IMG/VR virus record: IMGVR_UViG_3300014204_013734
Location: 192,001-256,000 of that record
From: a virus
Taxonomy: Duplodnaviria > Caudoviricetes
DNA length: 64,000 nucleotides
Reading direction: 5' to 3' (one strand)
The position numbers and the translations under genes are program-made. Below, in pieces: positions 6,994 through 17,103 of this stretch (position 1 is its first letter; every line of letters begins with the position of its first letter). Under the pieces are notes generated by a model that was given only the letters and a program-made list of their open reading frames with translations, was not told where the DNA came from and ran no database searches.

Positions 6994-7809
6994 GTGCGGA
7001 CCTATTTGATTTACAAGGCAACTTCTCCTTCCGGGAAGATTTACGTAGGGCTTACCAGCCAAAAAATGAAGGTGAGAAAACACCAACATTATTCGTCAGC
7101 TAAGCGGTTTCAAAGTTCTGGGGCTTTCCAGAAGGCCCTTCTCAAGTACAGGACTGCTATGACGTGGGACATCTTGGAATCTGGACTTCCTGACTTTGAA
7201 GCTGCCGCTGCCAGGGAACGGTATTACATAGCCTTGTTTGGAGCAAATATCTCAGGTAAAGGCTACAACCACACGGAAGGAGGGGGTCAAGGAAGACCCT
7301 TGAATTCCAAGAATTCCAAATCTAATATTGATCCGGTCTTGCGTTCTGATGGGATTGTTTTTCCTTCTGCACGGGCTGCTGCTTTGGCTATGGGAGCAAA
7401 GTGTGATTGGGCTGTTGGAAAGGCCATCAAGAATAAAGGCACCTGTGGTGGATTTTCTTTTCGGCGGATATCCGTTGAAGAATATGAATCTTTGAAAGAA
7501 ACATGTACCCCTAAGAACGTTCCCATTGTTCATTGGACTTATGCTAGGACTTTTTCTGATGCCGTCAGACGGAAGATATCGGAAACAAAAAAAGGGAAAC
7601 CTTTAAAGCACACCAGCAAACCTGTTAGGCGTTCGGATGGGGTTTTGTTTCCGTCCATAAAAGAAGCAGCGATTTCGGTTGGTACGACATCAGACGCTTT
7701 ACGCTATGCTGCACAAAGAAACCAACTTTGTCATGGGTTTTTATTTGAGATTTTTCCGAAAGGAATTTCGGTGGTCGCCCTATTGAAACCCCTTGGTGGA
7801 CAGGATTGA
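6994..7809 (+). CDS. free-standing GIY-YIG homing endonuclease (Seg-like) with NUMOD-type DNA-binding repeats
   Basis: LIYKATSPSGKIYVGLT (GIY-YIG), R..QH, ERYYI, GYN; duplicated PV.RSDG..FPS...AA..G modules; RRKISETKKG NUMOD3-like. Confidence 0.85.
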   Translation: MRTYLIYKATSPSGKIYVGLTSQKMKVRKHQHYSSAKRFQSSGAFQKALLKYRTAMTWDILESGLPDFEAAAARERYYIALFGANISGKGYNHTEGGGQGRPLNSKNSKSNIDPVLRSDGIVFPSARAAALAMGAKCDWAVGKAIKNKGTCGGFSFRRISVEEYESLKETCTPKNVPIVHWTYARTFSDAVRRKISETKKGKPLKHTSKPVRRSDGVLFPSIKEAAISVGTTSDALRYAAQRNQLCHGFLFEIFPKGISVVALLKPLGGQD

Positions 7810-7830
7810 TCCTCCAGAAGGAGAACCAAA

Positions 7831-10800
7831 ATGGCTTTTTTCGATAGCAAGAACTATGCGCCGCCGGGAGTTTTCACGAGGACACAGTTCGAAAATCCCA
7901 TTGCCGGGGCACTTGAAACCTTTAAGATTCCGGTCTTCATTGGGGAAGGTAATGAATATCTGACCCAAAACGATCTGGAAATCGTCCGCGGTTCTTCTTC
8001 TACCGTGGATCAACGGATCGTAGGGGAAGACGAGACGGGAAGGGCTGTGGTGTCCATTTCCCAAGCTGGGGCAGTGACCCTTGGGGCTTATGACGGCATC
8101 CTGGACAAAATTCAGGTCCACAAATTCCCCATCACGGACGGAAGCGGTACAGGCCGTGTGGCTACTGGTCGCGGTGACGTGCTTGTTACCTTCAATAACC
8201 AGCCCGTTGTTGTTCGTGCCCTGGATGGCACCAATGGTATCATCCAGGTAGCAACGCCTCCCAAGTTGACGGATCTTGTCCGTGTCACGTATTACTTCAA
8301 ACGGACGGACACGCAGATCACGGATGACTTGTCCGATCAAGTGTCTCCAGATCCCGCAATTGTCAGGGGCACGGTTGGTGTTGCAGATGCAAATTCCCCG
8401 GTCGGTCAGGCGGGTTCTATCGGGTACGCAGAAGTCATCAACCTGCATGGGGATATCACGAATTCCCAGGGACAGGTTGTTGTTCCCGCCAATAACGTGT
8501 TGAGTCTGGCGGTAGATGGAATTCGTTACACGATCACCATTTCTCCTCGTACCGATTACACGATGGCTCAGATTGCATCCGCCATCACGGCAGCGGGAGC
8601 CGGAACCCTTGTGGGTTCTTCCTTTATCAACAACTACGGCTTGTCGGCATTGCAACTTTCCGCCGACAGCAGCATCGTGGTTTACACGTCTACAGCCAAC
8701 GCTCCTCTGGGTCTCCAGACGGGTCAGGCGGATTTGCGCACGTCCACGTTTTATACGTTCCAAGGTCCTATCGTGGATGGCAGCAACGGCGGTGTTACTA
8801 CGACTGATCCGGCGCATGTTACCGTTAGGGTTGACGGCAGGCAGGTTATCCCAAGTTCGGTTGACGGGGCAAACCGTGCCGTTGTTCTTCCCTATGCTCC
8901 GAAGGCCGGATCCAGGGTTGCTGTGACTTACTGGTTCAATGCGTGGCAAGACACGTTTGACTATCTGGCCAATTATGGGGTCACGGAAATTACCAAGTGT
9001 GGGGACGTTCCAGGAGGAAGTTCCTACACGCAGGACGCCGATTTTATCCTGAAGGACAGCTTGGTCGTTTGGGGAACCGCTTCTCTTATCAGCAGCGGCG
9101 TAAATACCCAAGGTTCGGAACGGTTTGATTCTACGCAGGTGACCGCCAACTTGATTGACAACCGAACGTATTTGTCCGCTTGCACGGAAGTGGCCGGGGG
9201 CGGTCGGTTGCAGTTCCTGCTTCCCTTTGAACCAACGTTGGGCAACGGCCGCGACACCCCCCTGGGACAGAGTCTTTTCCAGACGGTTTCCAACGGGCGC
9301 ATCGACCTTCCTGTTGACCGTCCTGATGTCATTTTTGCTTACTGGGGATTCGATGTCCAGGACGCCTTGGAACGGGGTCGGGTCACTGTCTTGAAAGTCG
9401 TGGACGGTGTCATCACTCTGTCGGAAACCGTTCCTGTTGGGGCGAACGTCTATGCGACGTTCTGGCACAACCTCTTGACCGACAATACATTCACCCTGAC
9501 GTGTGTCAACCCCGGTGTTTCCAGTGTCGGCACCTATTCCATTCAGGATCAGGGGGAAAACGACATCTTCGGGGCCACCTACGACATGGGGACGAAAGGT
9601 GCGTCCCTGAACGGTATTACCATCGAGTTCCCGTCAGGATCCGAATGGGTCCCTGACCTGCATTTTGAAGGCCTGTCAGGCAATGATTTTTCCGGTCCTG
9701 TTGAGGAAATCGTTACCGTTCAGTTTGCCAGCCGTGATGCTACACCGGCCAAGTGGACGGTTCCCGGGGCTGGTCCTTATGAGTTCATCAAGAATCAGTC
9801 CGACCGCCTGAATGTCAAAGTGCATAGCGTGCCGTCGGGAGATGCAGGGATCAACCTGACATCCCCTGTCCCGGAATCCGGCCAGGACGGCGGGTTCTTC
9901 GCCAGTTTGGTGAGTGAAGAAATCGTCTACACGGGAGGTACGGGTTCAACGAGAGGCAAGAGCTATTCTTTTGATTCGTCAGAAGAATTCAGCGTCATCG
10001 TTGACCAGGTTACTGTGTCGGCCAAAACTTCCAGCGGAACTCCGTTCCAGAACCAGACCATCGGTTATTTGGCTACGGTCCTCAACGAAGCGGCTGGCGG
10101 GCACACCGCCTTGGCGCAGGGCGCCGGTACGACGGACACCATTGTCCTTCGTTCTACTTCCCGGTCCAACGTGAACAACTACTATGTCGGTTGGAGGGTA
10201 GTCATCGGCAATGGTGCGGCGGCTATCACCGCCGGACAGACGAGGACGATTACGGCTTATGACGGCACGACCGGCATTGCAACCATTGACGGTGTGTGGA
10301 GTGGTGGTGGGGCGACGGCCAACAATGATCCGTATCACATCTATAACCCGTCTGCCCGCAGTGTGATGGTTGGGGCTACGGAATTCAACGGACCCGTGAC
10401 GATTACGGCGGGTCATCATGACCGCATCAGTCTCGTGTACGGTGATTTGGTCGGAAATCTGATCTTTTCGGCGCAACTCGGGGCAAGCACTTACGCTACA
10501 CCAAATGAACTGGCCATCGAGGTCCAGGACAAGATTCAGGCTGTCATTGACGCTGCTGTTGTGGCTACGGATCGTCTTGGTTTGGCTGTGGAAGTCGCTG
10601 CGGATGCCAGCGGCAGACTTGAATTCCGTCTGCAACTTCCCGGCAAGGCGGCGGCAGGATTTATACAATTCCTTAACGCTGCTACCGTAGCCCAGGACTT
10701 CAGTATCCTTGCCGGACTTGACACGGCAGCGGCCGTCAAGGGCGGGCAGGCCATGCTTTTGCAAGGTCCTGTCGCCAGAACGTATGAATGCCCCGACGCT

Positions 10801-13128
10801 AACAGCGTCCGTCCTTACGACCGTTTAATCCTTCGTAACCGGCTCACCCCTGGTGGTGGAGCAGGTTCTTCCATGGATCCGCACTGGAATGAATCCCAGA
10901 TGTCCCTGGAAGTTCAGGTTGGCAATGAAAAGGCAGGCCTTGTGTCCGGGGCTTGGGGTGAGGGCGGCAAGTCCGCTTCCGTTCGTCCCGCTACGACTAT
11001 GGGGCGTGTCGGATTTTCCGGTGGTATGAACGGTCTGACCGGGGAACCGGTTGTTACCTTCTATGACGGTGCAGGAGTTGTTGCTGCCAACAACGTGTTT
11101 TCGTTCACTATGGACGGAACTCCGGTGACAGCAACCTTCACCGGATCGTCTACCGGTACGGCAACTGATCTGGGACCTGTTTCATCCGCCGCTTCTGTCC
11201 TTGGACAGATTGCAGCCGCTATGGCAGCAGTTCCCGGCGCTCCGTTCGGCACCTTGGTTAATATCAGGGATACCCTCAAGTTGGTCCGGCAGGAAGGTGC
11301 AGGCATCCGATTCACTGGAACCCGCACGGACACCCGTTCAAGGATCGTTATCGGAAGCGGAAGTGCAAACAGTGTCCTCGGATTTTCCGCCGGCACTATC
11401 GCTCTTCGCGAAACGGTATCAGCCCGCAAGACAGCGTCCGCCTTGATGGCCGATTCCAACACCAATTCCATTGTTTGGTGGCTGTCATTCACGTCTGTCA
11501 CCAACCATTTCGCCAACAACGGTATTGCATCCGTTGAAACGGACGCTTCCGGTTCTGAATACCTCTACTTGCAGGATACGCCTACGGTTTATACGAACCT
11601 TGGGGCTGCTTCTACCATTCGGGTGTCCGACACGACCGGAAGCATTCAGAATGCCCTGTCCTTCAACACCGGTTTGAACATCAGGAGCGGTTCCGGGGCG
11701 GCTGGTGAATCGGCTCTTGACGGGTACTTCGTGATTTCCAACATCACTGATGGATCAGGATCCATCAACACGTCCATTCTCAACAATGGAATTGGACAGG
11801 ACGGTATTGTCGGGCAGACTTACCGGGACGAAATCACGGGTTTGACTTTCACAATCCTCCCCCGCGGGTGGGGTTCCAACCAAATCGGTCCGTGGCTTTC
11901 GTATCCTACCGGGGCTAATGCAACGTTCCGGTTCAATGTGTCCAAGACGTTCGTGACGAACGCCAACCTTCCGATCAATGCCCTCAACGGCGTTGAATTG
12001 ACTGTTTCCAATACGGACGGTGTTGGTATTGGCGACACGGCTTTGGTGGAAACGTTTGAACGTGGCGGGCAGGAACCGGTGAACGGCGACCTGTACTACG
12101 TGTCCTATGTTTACCAGAAAGAGGCGTTCACGACCGCCTTCTACACGAAGTTGTCGGCCATCGAGGCGGCTTACGGAACGGAAAGTGTCAACAACCCATT
12201 GACCTTGGCAGCTTATCTGTCCATCATCAATGGCGCCGTTTTGGTCGGCCTTACACAAGTCCCAAGAGAAGAAGGACAGCAATACGCTTCCTTGGCGTCT
12301 TACCGGAATGCCATTGATTCGTTGGAAGGAACACTCCCTGGTTTCGTGAAACCGGACGAGGTTATCCCGCTTCGGGGCGATTCCACAGACCTTTACCAGT
12401 ACCTCAAACGCAGCAATGAGTTGATGTCCTCAGTGCGTTACAAGTCCGAACGTACGTCCATTATCGGGGTTGCCGCAGGCACACTTCCGGAAGCGGCTGG
12501 AACGTTGGCCCAGGCACTTGGTGACATGCGTATGCGGCTCGTTTACCCTGACATCGCCGTCATCACTTTGACGGATAACACCGGGGCCAGCAAGGAAGAA
12601 CTGGTTGACGGTCCCATGATCGCCGCCGGTTTGGCAGGTTCAGTTGTGAGTCCGAACCTTGACGTGGCTACCCCGTGGACGGGGCGGAGGCTGGTCGGTT
12701 ACACGCAGCTTGGCCGCGTTCTGGATATGGTGGAACAGAATCAGTTGGCCCAGAAAGGTATTACGATCCTTGAAGATCGGCCTCCCTTCCTTCGGGTACG
12801 TCATGGTCTTACGACAGACATGACCAACAATCTGACGAAGTTGCCGACCATCGTACTGATTGCCGACGAAGTTCAACAGCAGTCTCGGGCCGCGTTGGAG
12901 CCGTTCATCGGAACCAAGTTCCTGCCGGGCATCTTGACTCAGGTGGAAGGTCGGTTGGCAATGACCCTGAAACAACTCGTGAAGGCCCAGATCATCAGTG
13001 CGTACACGGGAGTTAAGGCTACGGTGTCGGTTGACGATCCCACAAGTGCCGAAATCTCTGCCTACTACTCACCCGTTTTCCCACTTTTATATTTGCTTTT
13101 GACATTTGGGCTTCGGAGTTCCTTGTAA
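7831..13128 (+). CDS. contractile tail sheath protein with large internal insertion
   Basis: N-terminal YAPPGVFTRT..., C-terminal sheath core (LAQKGITILED...RVRHGLTT...IADEVQQQSRAALEPFIG...YSPVFPLLYL); 1765 aa. Confidence 0.85.
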   Translation: MAFFDSKNYAPPGVFTRTQFENPIAGALETFKIPVFIGEGNEYLTQNDLEIVRGSSSTVDQRIVGEDETGRAVVSISQAGAVTLGAYDGILDKIQVHKFPITDGSGTGRVATGRGDVLVTFNNQPVVVRALDGTNGIIQVATPPKLTDLVRVTYYFKRTDTQITDDLSDQVSPDPAIVRGTVGVADANSPVGQAGSIGYAEVINLHGDITNSQGQVVVPANNVLSLAVDGIRYTITISPRTDYTMAQIASAITAAGAGTLVGSSFINNYGLSALQLSADSSIVVYTSTANAPLGLQTGQADLRTSTFYTFQGPIVDGSNGGVTTTDPAHVTVRVDGRQVIPSSVDGANRAVVLPYAPKAGSRVAVTYWFNAWQDTFDYLANYGVTEITKCGDVPGGSSYTQDADFILKDSLVVWGTASLISSGVNTQGSERFDSTQVTANLIDNRTYLSACTEVAGGGRLQFLLPFEPTLGNGRDTPLGQSLFQTVSNGRIDLPVDRPDVIFAYWGFDVQDALERGRVTVLKVVDGVITLSETVPVGANVYATFWHNLLTDNTFTLTCVNPGVSSVGTYSIQDQGENDIFGATYDMGTKGASLNGITIEFPSGSEWVPDLHFEGLSGNDFSGPVEEIVTVQFASRDATPAKWTVPGAGPYEFIKNQSDRLNVKVHSVPSGDAGINLTSPVPESGQDGGFFASLVSEEIVYTGGTGSTRGKSYSFDSSEEFSVIVDQVTVSAKTSSGTPFQNQTIGYLATVLNEAAGGHTALAQGAGTTDTIVLRSTSRSNVNNYYVGWRVVIGNGAAAITAGQTRTITAYDGTTGIATIDGVWSGGGATANNDPYHIYNPSARSVMVGATEFNGPVTITAGHHDRISLVYGDLVGNLIFSAQLGASTYATPNELAIEVQDKIQAVIDAAVVATDRLGLAVEVAADASGRLEFRLQLPGKAAAGFIQFLNAATVAQDFSILAGLDTAAAVKGGQAMLLQGPVARTYECPDANSVRPYDRLILRNRLTPGGGAGSSMDPHWNESQMSLEVQVGNEKAGLVSGAWGEGGKSASVRPATTMGRVGFSGGMNGLTGEPVVTFYDGAGVVAANNVFSFTMDGTPVTATFTGSSTGTATDLGPVSSAASVLGQIAAAMAAVPGAPFGTLVNIRDTLKLVRQEGAGIRFTGTRTDTRSRIVIGSGSANSVLGFSAGTIALRETVSARKTASALMADSNTNSIVWWLSFTSVTNHFANNGIASVETDASGSEYLYLQDTPTVYTNLGAASTIRVSDTTGSIQNALSFNTGLNIRSGSGAAGESALDGYFVISNITDGSGSINTSILNNGIGQDGIVGQTYRDEITGLTFTILPRGWGSNQIGPWLSYPTGANATFRFNVSKTFVTNANLPINALNGVELTVSNTDGVGIGDTALVETFERGGQEPVNGDLYYVSYVYQKEAFTTAFYTKLSAIEAAYGTESVNNPLTLAAYLSIINGAVLVGLTQVPREEGQQYASLASYRNAIDSLEGTLPGFVKPDEVIPLRGDSTDLYQYLKRSNELMSSVRYKSERTSIIGVAAGTLPEAAGTLAQALGDMRMRLVYPDIAVITLTDNTGASKEELVDGPMIAAGLAGSVVSPNLDVATPWTGRRLVGYTQLGRVLDMVEQNQLAQKGITILEDRPPFLRVRHGLTTDMTNNLTKLPTIVLIADEVQQQSRAALEPFIGTKFLPGILTQVEGRLAMTLKQLVKAQIISAYTGVKATVSVDDPTSAEISAYYSPVFPLLYLLLTFGLRSSL

Positions 13129-13159
13129 TTTCAGGTACTTACAAACCTGAACAAACCGT

Positions 13160-13188
13160 TTGACAACCTCCTTGGGCCATGGTAATGT
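13160..13188 (+). promoter_or_regulatory. sigma70-like promoter for the endonuclease gene
   Basis: TTGACA (13160-13165), 17-bp spacer, TAATGT with TG upstream; GGAGG RBS at 13196-13200. Confidence 0.6.
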
Positions 13189-13209
13189 GACCCAAGGAGG
13201 TTGTTTTTT

Positions 13210-15123
13210 ATGGGTGGTCCCAAGTCTAAAGCATCCCACGAAGAAATCATTTCCGTTTTCCACACGGAAGAACCCTTCAAAGCTTTTGCCGCCCGGATCG
13301 GAATGAGCCCGAATACCCTTCGGGATATTTGGAAAGCTGAATTTGGGGAAGCAGCTTTCTTTGAACGGGGAAAGCGTTTGCAGGCAAAAGCGGCTTCGGC
13401 TGTTGCCAAGGCAAGTGCTGCCGCTGGGCGGGTTTACCGTGACGTTGAACTTGTCTGTTCTTCTTGTGGACGGAAGGTTATCCTGAAGTCCAACCAAGTA
13501 GGCCAGATGGACGATCCTTCAAAATTCATATGCCATGATTGCCGTGGGGATCGGAAGTGTCCCATCTGTGGGTTGGCTATTGAAGGGAAACAAGGGCTTT
13601 CTACGCACTTTCGGTGCCGCCAGAAGGCGGGGGATGCTGCCCATACTGCCTATCTTGAAGATCAAGCAAATGCCGTTTGGGCTGGTAAGACAGAAGGGGA
13701 AGATTACGTCACTTGTTTGGAATGTGGGCACAAAGCAGAAACCCTTGCCAGGCATTTGAAGGCCGCGCATGGGTTGGATGCAGTTGCTTACACGAACAAA
13801 CACGGTTCTGGTGTTCCTATTAGGGCTGACAAAGTGACCCAGAATATGTCAAAAGCGGCTCTTGCCAGGTGTCTTATCAGCACCGGCAAGGGTGAAGTTA
13901 AGACCGTGGCGTGTCCTTCTTGTGGGGTTCTTAGGAAAGTTTCCAAGTTCATTGTCCCTGGGGTCCACGAATTGAGATGTTCTGATTGTCGGAAGAAGGA
14001 TGAGGACCTTTACTGGTCCAAATTTTCAGAACCACAGGATTTCGTGACCTGCTTGGAATGTGGTTACAGGGCTGAAAATCTTACGAGTCATCTGCAAAAC
14101 AGTCATCCTGAATACAGGAAAAAATATCCAGAGGCTTTGGTTGTAGCGTTAGGTTCGGAAGTTCGAAACAAGGATTGTTTGAAAAACGTTCCCCTTTCTT
14201 TAGAAACCCGACAGAAAATGTCACGAAATGCTGGGCGTTGGAACAAAGGGTTGACCAAAGAATCTGATTCAAGAATAGCGGCATTGGCGAAAAAATGTTT
14301 GGGTCGTGTGTCTTGGAATACGGGTTTGACGGCAGATAAGGATGAACGTGTACGCAGTATGGCTGAAAAATTGAAATTGTATGTGGGGGATTCCAGACCT
14401 TGGAGCAATGGATTGGCGGCAAATTTGACTTTGGATGATTTCAAACCTTTCCTGGATTTGGAAGGGTGCGTTGATCACCGTGCCGTTATTGAAAAGACTG
14501 GGTTTGATGAAGTTACGATTCGGAAGTGGATGAAGATTGTGGGTTTGAAGCCGAGTAAGAAATACATTAAAAATGCGGCAGAAGCACGAATTGTCCGAAT
14601 AGAAAAGGCTGATTTGGAACGCTTTCGTTTAGCCAACGGGAAAGTGGTTATTGGAAGAGTTATGGTTGGTTTAAGACATACTTTCCAGACGGTAAGGAGG
14701 GAATGTAAACGTCACGGGTTGCCTACTTGTCATCAACATATTCGGCAGACGCGTTTTTTGGACATAGTTTCCAAAATTTTAGGGGTCCCCTATGAAGAAG
14801 AATGGAATTCTCGTCGGTTTGTCAACCCAGTGTCGGGACGCCGGTTTAAGTTTGATGGTTACTTTCCATCCATCGGTTTGATTGTTGAATTTCATGGGCA
14901 CCAGCATTACACATTTCCGAATGTTTTCATGCCTCACGAATCCTATCGTCCTTTGTGGGAAGCCATGTTGGAACGGGATCGAATCAAGAAGGTCTTGATA
15001 GACGCGACACCAGATTTGATTTGGTTCAGTGTTCTGGAAAAAGAACCTTGGGAAGACGTTTCGTACTTGAAAGGACGCTTGATTGATTCAGGTGTTCTTC
15101 CTGAAGAGGAAAAAGAAACATGA
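13210..15123 (+). CDS. multi-zinc-finger endonuclease (MucR/Ros-like Zn fingers, WNxGL repeats, C-terminal PD-(D/E)XK/DUF559-like nuclease); probable homing endonuclease
   Basis: N-terminal HTH; several CxxC; two VTCLECG...L..HL...H units; WNKGLTKESD/WNTGLTADKD/WSNGL repeats; C-terminal FKFDGYFPSIGLIVEFHGHQHY. Confidence 0.7.
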   Translation: MGGPKSKASHEEIISVFHTEEPFKAFAARIGMSPNTLRDIWKAEFGEAAFFERGKRLQAKAASAVAKASAAAGRVYRDVELVCSSCGRKVILKSNQVGQMDDPSKFICHDCRGDRKCPICGLAIEGKQGLSTHFRCRQKAGDAAHTAYLEDQANAVWAGKTEGEDYVTCLECGHKAETLARHLKAAHGLDAVAYTNKHGSGVPIRADKVTQNMSKAALARCLISTGKGEVKTVACPSCGVLRKVSKFIVPGVHELRCSDCRKKDEDLYWSKFSEPQDFVTCLECGYRAENLTSHLQNSHPEYRKKYPEALVVALGSEVRNKDCLKNVPLSLETRQKMSRNAGRWNKGLTKESDSRIAALAKKCLGRVSWNTGLTADKDERVRSMAEKLKLYVGDSRPWSNGLAANLTLDDFKPFLDLEGCVDHRAVIEKTGFDEVTIRKWMKIVGLKPSKKYIKNAAEARIVRIEKADLERFRLANGKVVIGRVMVGLRHTFQTVRRECKRHGLPTCHQHIRQTRFLDIVSKILGVPYEEEWNSRRFVNPVSGRRFKFDGYFPSIGLIVEFHGHQHYTFPNVFMPHESYRPLWEAMLERDRIKKVLIDATPDLIWFSVLEKEPWEDVSYLKGRLIDSGVLPEEEKET

Positions 15124-15623
15124 GAACCTTAACCCTTTTCCTAATCCTCTTGGTTTTGACGGCGTGTGCCGGGCCTCAGCGTGTTCCGAGAAGTTTCCCT
15201 ACTGCTTTTTCCGCTGTGAATCTTTCCGGGGACGAAAAGAAGCTTGTGTCGGCGTGTTATTCCAAGGTATCCAGGAATGACGCGAAGGTAGCTGCTTACA
15301 AGGACAAGACGGAAACAACGGGAAAGATACTGGCCCTTGTTTCCGGGGGTGTCGGGGGGTCAGGTTCGTTGGCAGCAGGGTTGACGGCCAAGTATGGGGG
15401 CACGAAGGACGGAACCCTTACTATTGCCATTGTCACTGGGGCCATCACACTGGCAAGTGGGATTGCTGCCGCGGCGGTTGGGAGTAGGGATAGCACTATT
15501 GCCTTGCTTGAAGAAGAGTCGGGCAAGATACTTGACTGTGTAGACAGTGTTTGCGCCTTGGAAGGGGGATCAGATAAGGCTTTGTCTTCTTGTTGGGAAT
15601 TTTTGGATTCGGTTTGCCGGTGA
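15120..15623 (+). CDS. lipoprotein with two hydrophobic Gly/Ala-rich segments
   Basis: Signal peptide MRTLTLFLILLVLTA-C lipobox; hydrophobic helices; Cys-containing C-terminus. Confidence 0.7.
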   Translation: MRTLTLFLILLVLTACAGPQRVPRSFPTAFSAVNLSGDEKKLVSACYSKVSRNDAKVAAYKDKTETTGKILALVSGGVGGSGSLAAGLTAKYGGTKDGTLTIAIVTGAITLASGIAAAAVGSRDSTIALLEEESGKILDCVDSVCALEGGSDKALSSCWEFLDSVCR

Positions 15624-15634
15624 TTTTTGAAAAA

Positions 15635-15680
15635 CAGGGACCATTTCGCCGATGTTAGCAAAATGGTCCCTGGCCTTTTT
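15635..15680. terminator. bidirectional intrinsic terminator between convergent genes
   Basis: CAGGGACCATTT / AAATGGTCCCTG 12-bp stem, with an A tract before and a T tract after. Confidence 0.75.
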
Positions 15681-15682
15681 GT

Positions 15683-16945
15683 TCACATGTCCAAAAGGGC
15701 TTCGTTCCTCACTTTGTCTTGTTTCATTTTCACGATGGCTGCTACCTTTTCAACGGCGGTGTTAACGATCTGTTGAAGGGTCGTTTGGATGTCTGGGACG
15801 CATTTGATCTTCCAAAGTTCGTCTTGGGGCATCCCGAGGAAATGGGCACAGTTCGCCAGGGCTACCTTGTTTTCATCCGTCAGCAGATTACGGAACCCGT
15901 CCGGTGTAGGGGATGGGGTTTGCGGATTCCCGTCGTTTGACCGGAACCAATTGGGCAGGTATTCATGGGCATGTTCCCAAGGTCCCAAATTTGATGGAGA
16001 CGTCTCAGGGGCGCACGTTTTTTGGGGTCTAGTTCCGACCTGACCAACGCCTTTGTATTCGGTGTCATCCCGAACATTAGTGCCTACTGAAGGTTTCGGT
16101 GGGGCGGGGGGTCGGATGTTTCCGACGTAGGTTTCGGATTTGATGGGTGTCGGGAAGTCCAGTTTTCCAACGTCGGCGACAGCGGGATCCTCAAAGACTT
16201 TTGGTTTGACGGTGCATTCCCAAGTGAATGATCTCTGGCCAGGAATCCGGGTTTTCTTGAATTTGTCGGGATTTTCGCTGAGAATTTTCTGTGCCGTGGT
16301 GCTATCCACAATCAGGAGCTTTTCGTTTTCCAGTTCCTTTACGGTCTTTCCGGGGAACGCCCGCAGGATGCGAATCAACAGTTCCAGTTTCCAGGTCTGT
16401 TCGAAATCCTTTTTGAAAATGCAGATGGGGTCCGTGCCATCAAGGACGGCGTAATAGAAATTCCTTCCGTGCTTGTTTGGAGACCATTTTCGTGGTTTTC
16501 CTGCGGATTCCTTCATTAGGAGTCCCGCATCGATCAGTGAACGCATGTGTCCGACTATTTCCAGGGCAGAAGGCAATCTGGGGTCAGAAACGGAACCTAC
16601 TGCCCTATAGGCGGCTAGGTTCTTGTTTTTGAACGCGAACTTTCTGAACATTGTGATGCCATGTTGGTAGATTTCTTCTTCCGTGAAACTGTCGTTTCTG
16701 TCACCCATATTCGCCAAGATGATGAAGGTCTTGATGGCTCCTGCCGAAATCGGGGGCTTTCGCATTTCCTTTTTTGGTGTGAAGTCTGTCATTTTCGTTT
16801 CTCCTTTTTTGGTTTCCTGTTGGTTTGCACTTGATTCTGGGAATCCTCTTGGGAAATCATTCATCAGTTCCCGGAAATCCAACAACTCTTCTTGGAAAGC
16901 AAGGGACCTGATTTCTTCCCTCGAAAACGGGATGCCTTTTTTCAT
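15683..16945 (-). CDS. hypothetical protein (possible winged-helix DNA-binding), only substantial minus-strand gene
   Basis: 420-aa ORF not overlapped by a longer + ORF, ends at the terminator, GGAGG RBS on minus strand; internal alternative start (MTDFTPKK) possible. Confidence 0.6.
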   Translation of the reverse strand: MKKGIPFSREEIRSLAFQEELLDFRELMNDFPRGFPESSANQQETKKGETKMTDFTPKKEMRKPPISAGAIKTFIILANMGDRNDSFTEEEIYQHGITMFRKFAFKNKNLAAYRAVGSVSDPRLPSALEIVGHMRSLIDAGLLMKESAGKPRKWSPNKHGRNFYYAVLDGTDPICIFKKDFEQTWKLELLIRILRAFPGKTVKELENEKLLIVDSTTAQKILSENPDKFKKTRIPGQRSFTWECTVKPKVFEDPAVADVGKLDFPTPIKSETYVGNIRPPAPPKPSVGTNVRDDTEYKGVGQVGTRPQKTCAPETSPSNLGPWEHAHEYLPNWFRSNDGNPQTPSPTPDGFRNLLTDENKVALANCAHFLGMPQDELWKIKCVPDIQTTLQQIVNTAVEKVAAIVKMKQDKVRNEALLDM

Positions 16946-17027
16946 TTGCTTCCTCCAAAATCTAACACCTAGTCTTTTCTACCCGAAAAAGCGTAAAAGT
17001 TTCCTTTCTAAAACTATTTTCTTTTTG

Positions 17028-17069
17028 TTGACAGTTTTCTTGGCAGTTCTTGACAGAACGGGGTATTAT
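17028..17069 (+). promoter_or_regulatory. promoter with three TTG(A/G)CAG direct repeats
   Basis: TTGACAG 17028, TTGGCAG 17040, TTGACAG 17050; TATTAT -10 at 17064-17069. Confidence 0.55.
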
Positions 17070-17103
17070 GGAAGGGTGTTTGTTGGAATGGAGGTTTTCT
17101 AAC

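Noticed and set aside
7780-9468. Long antisense ORFs (also 1380-2309, 39898-40773, 43384-44808, 54704-55882)
   Set aside because: They are shadows of well-supported + strand genes and carry no motifs of their own.
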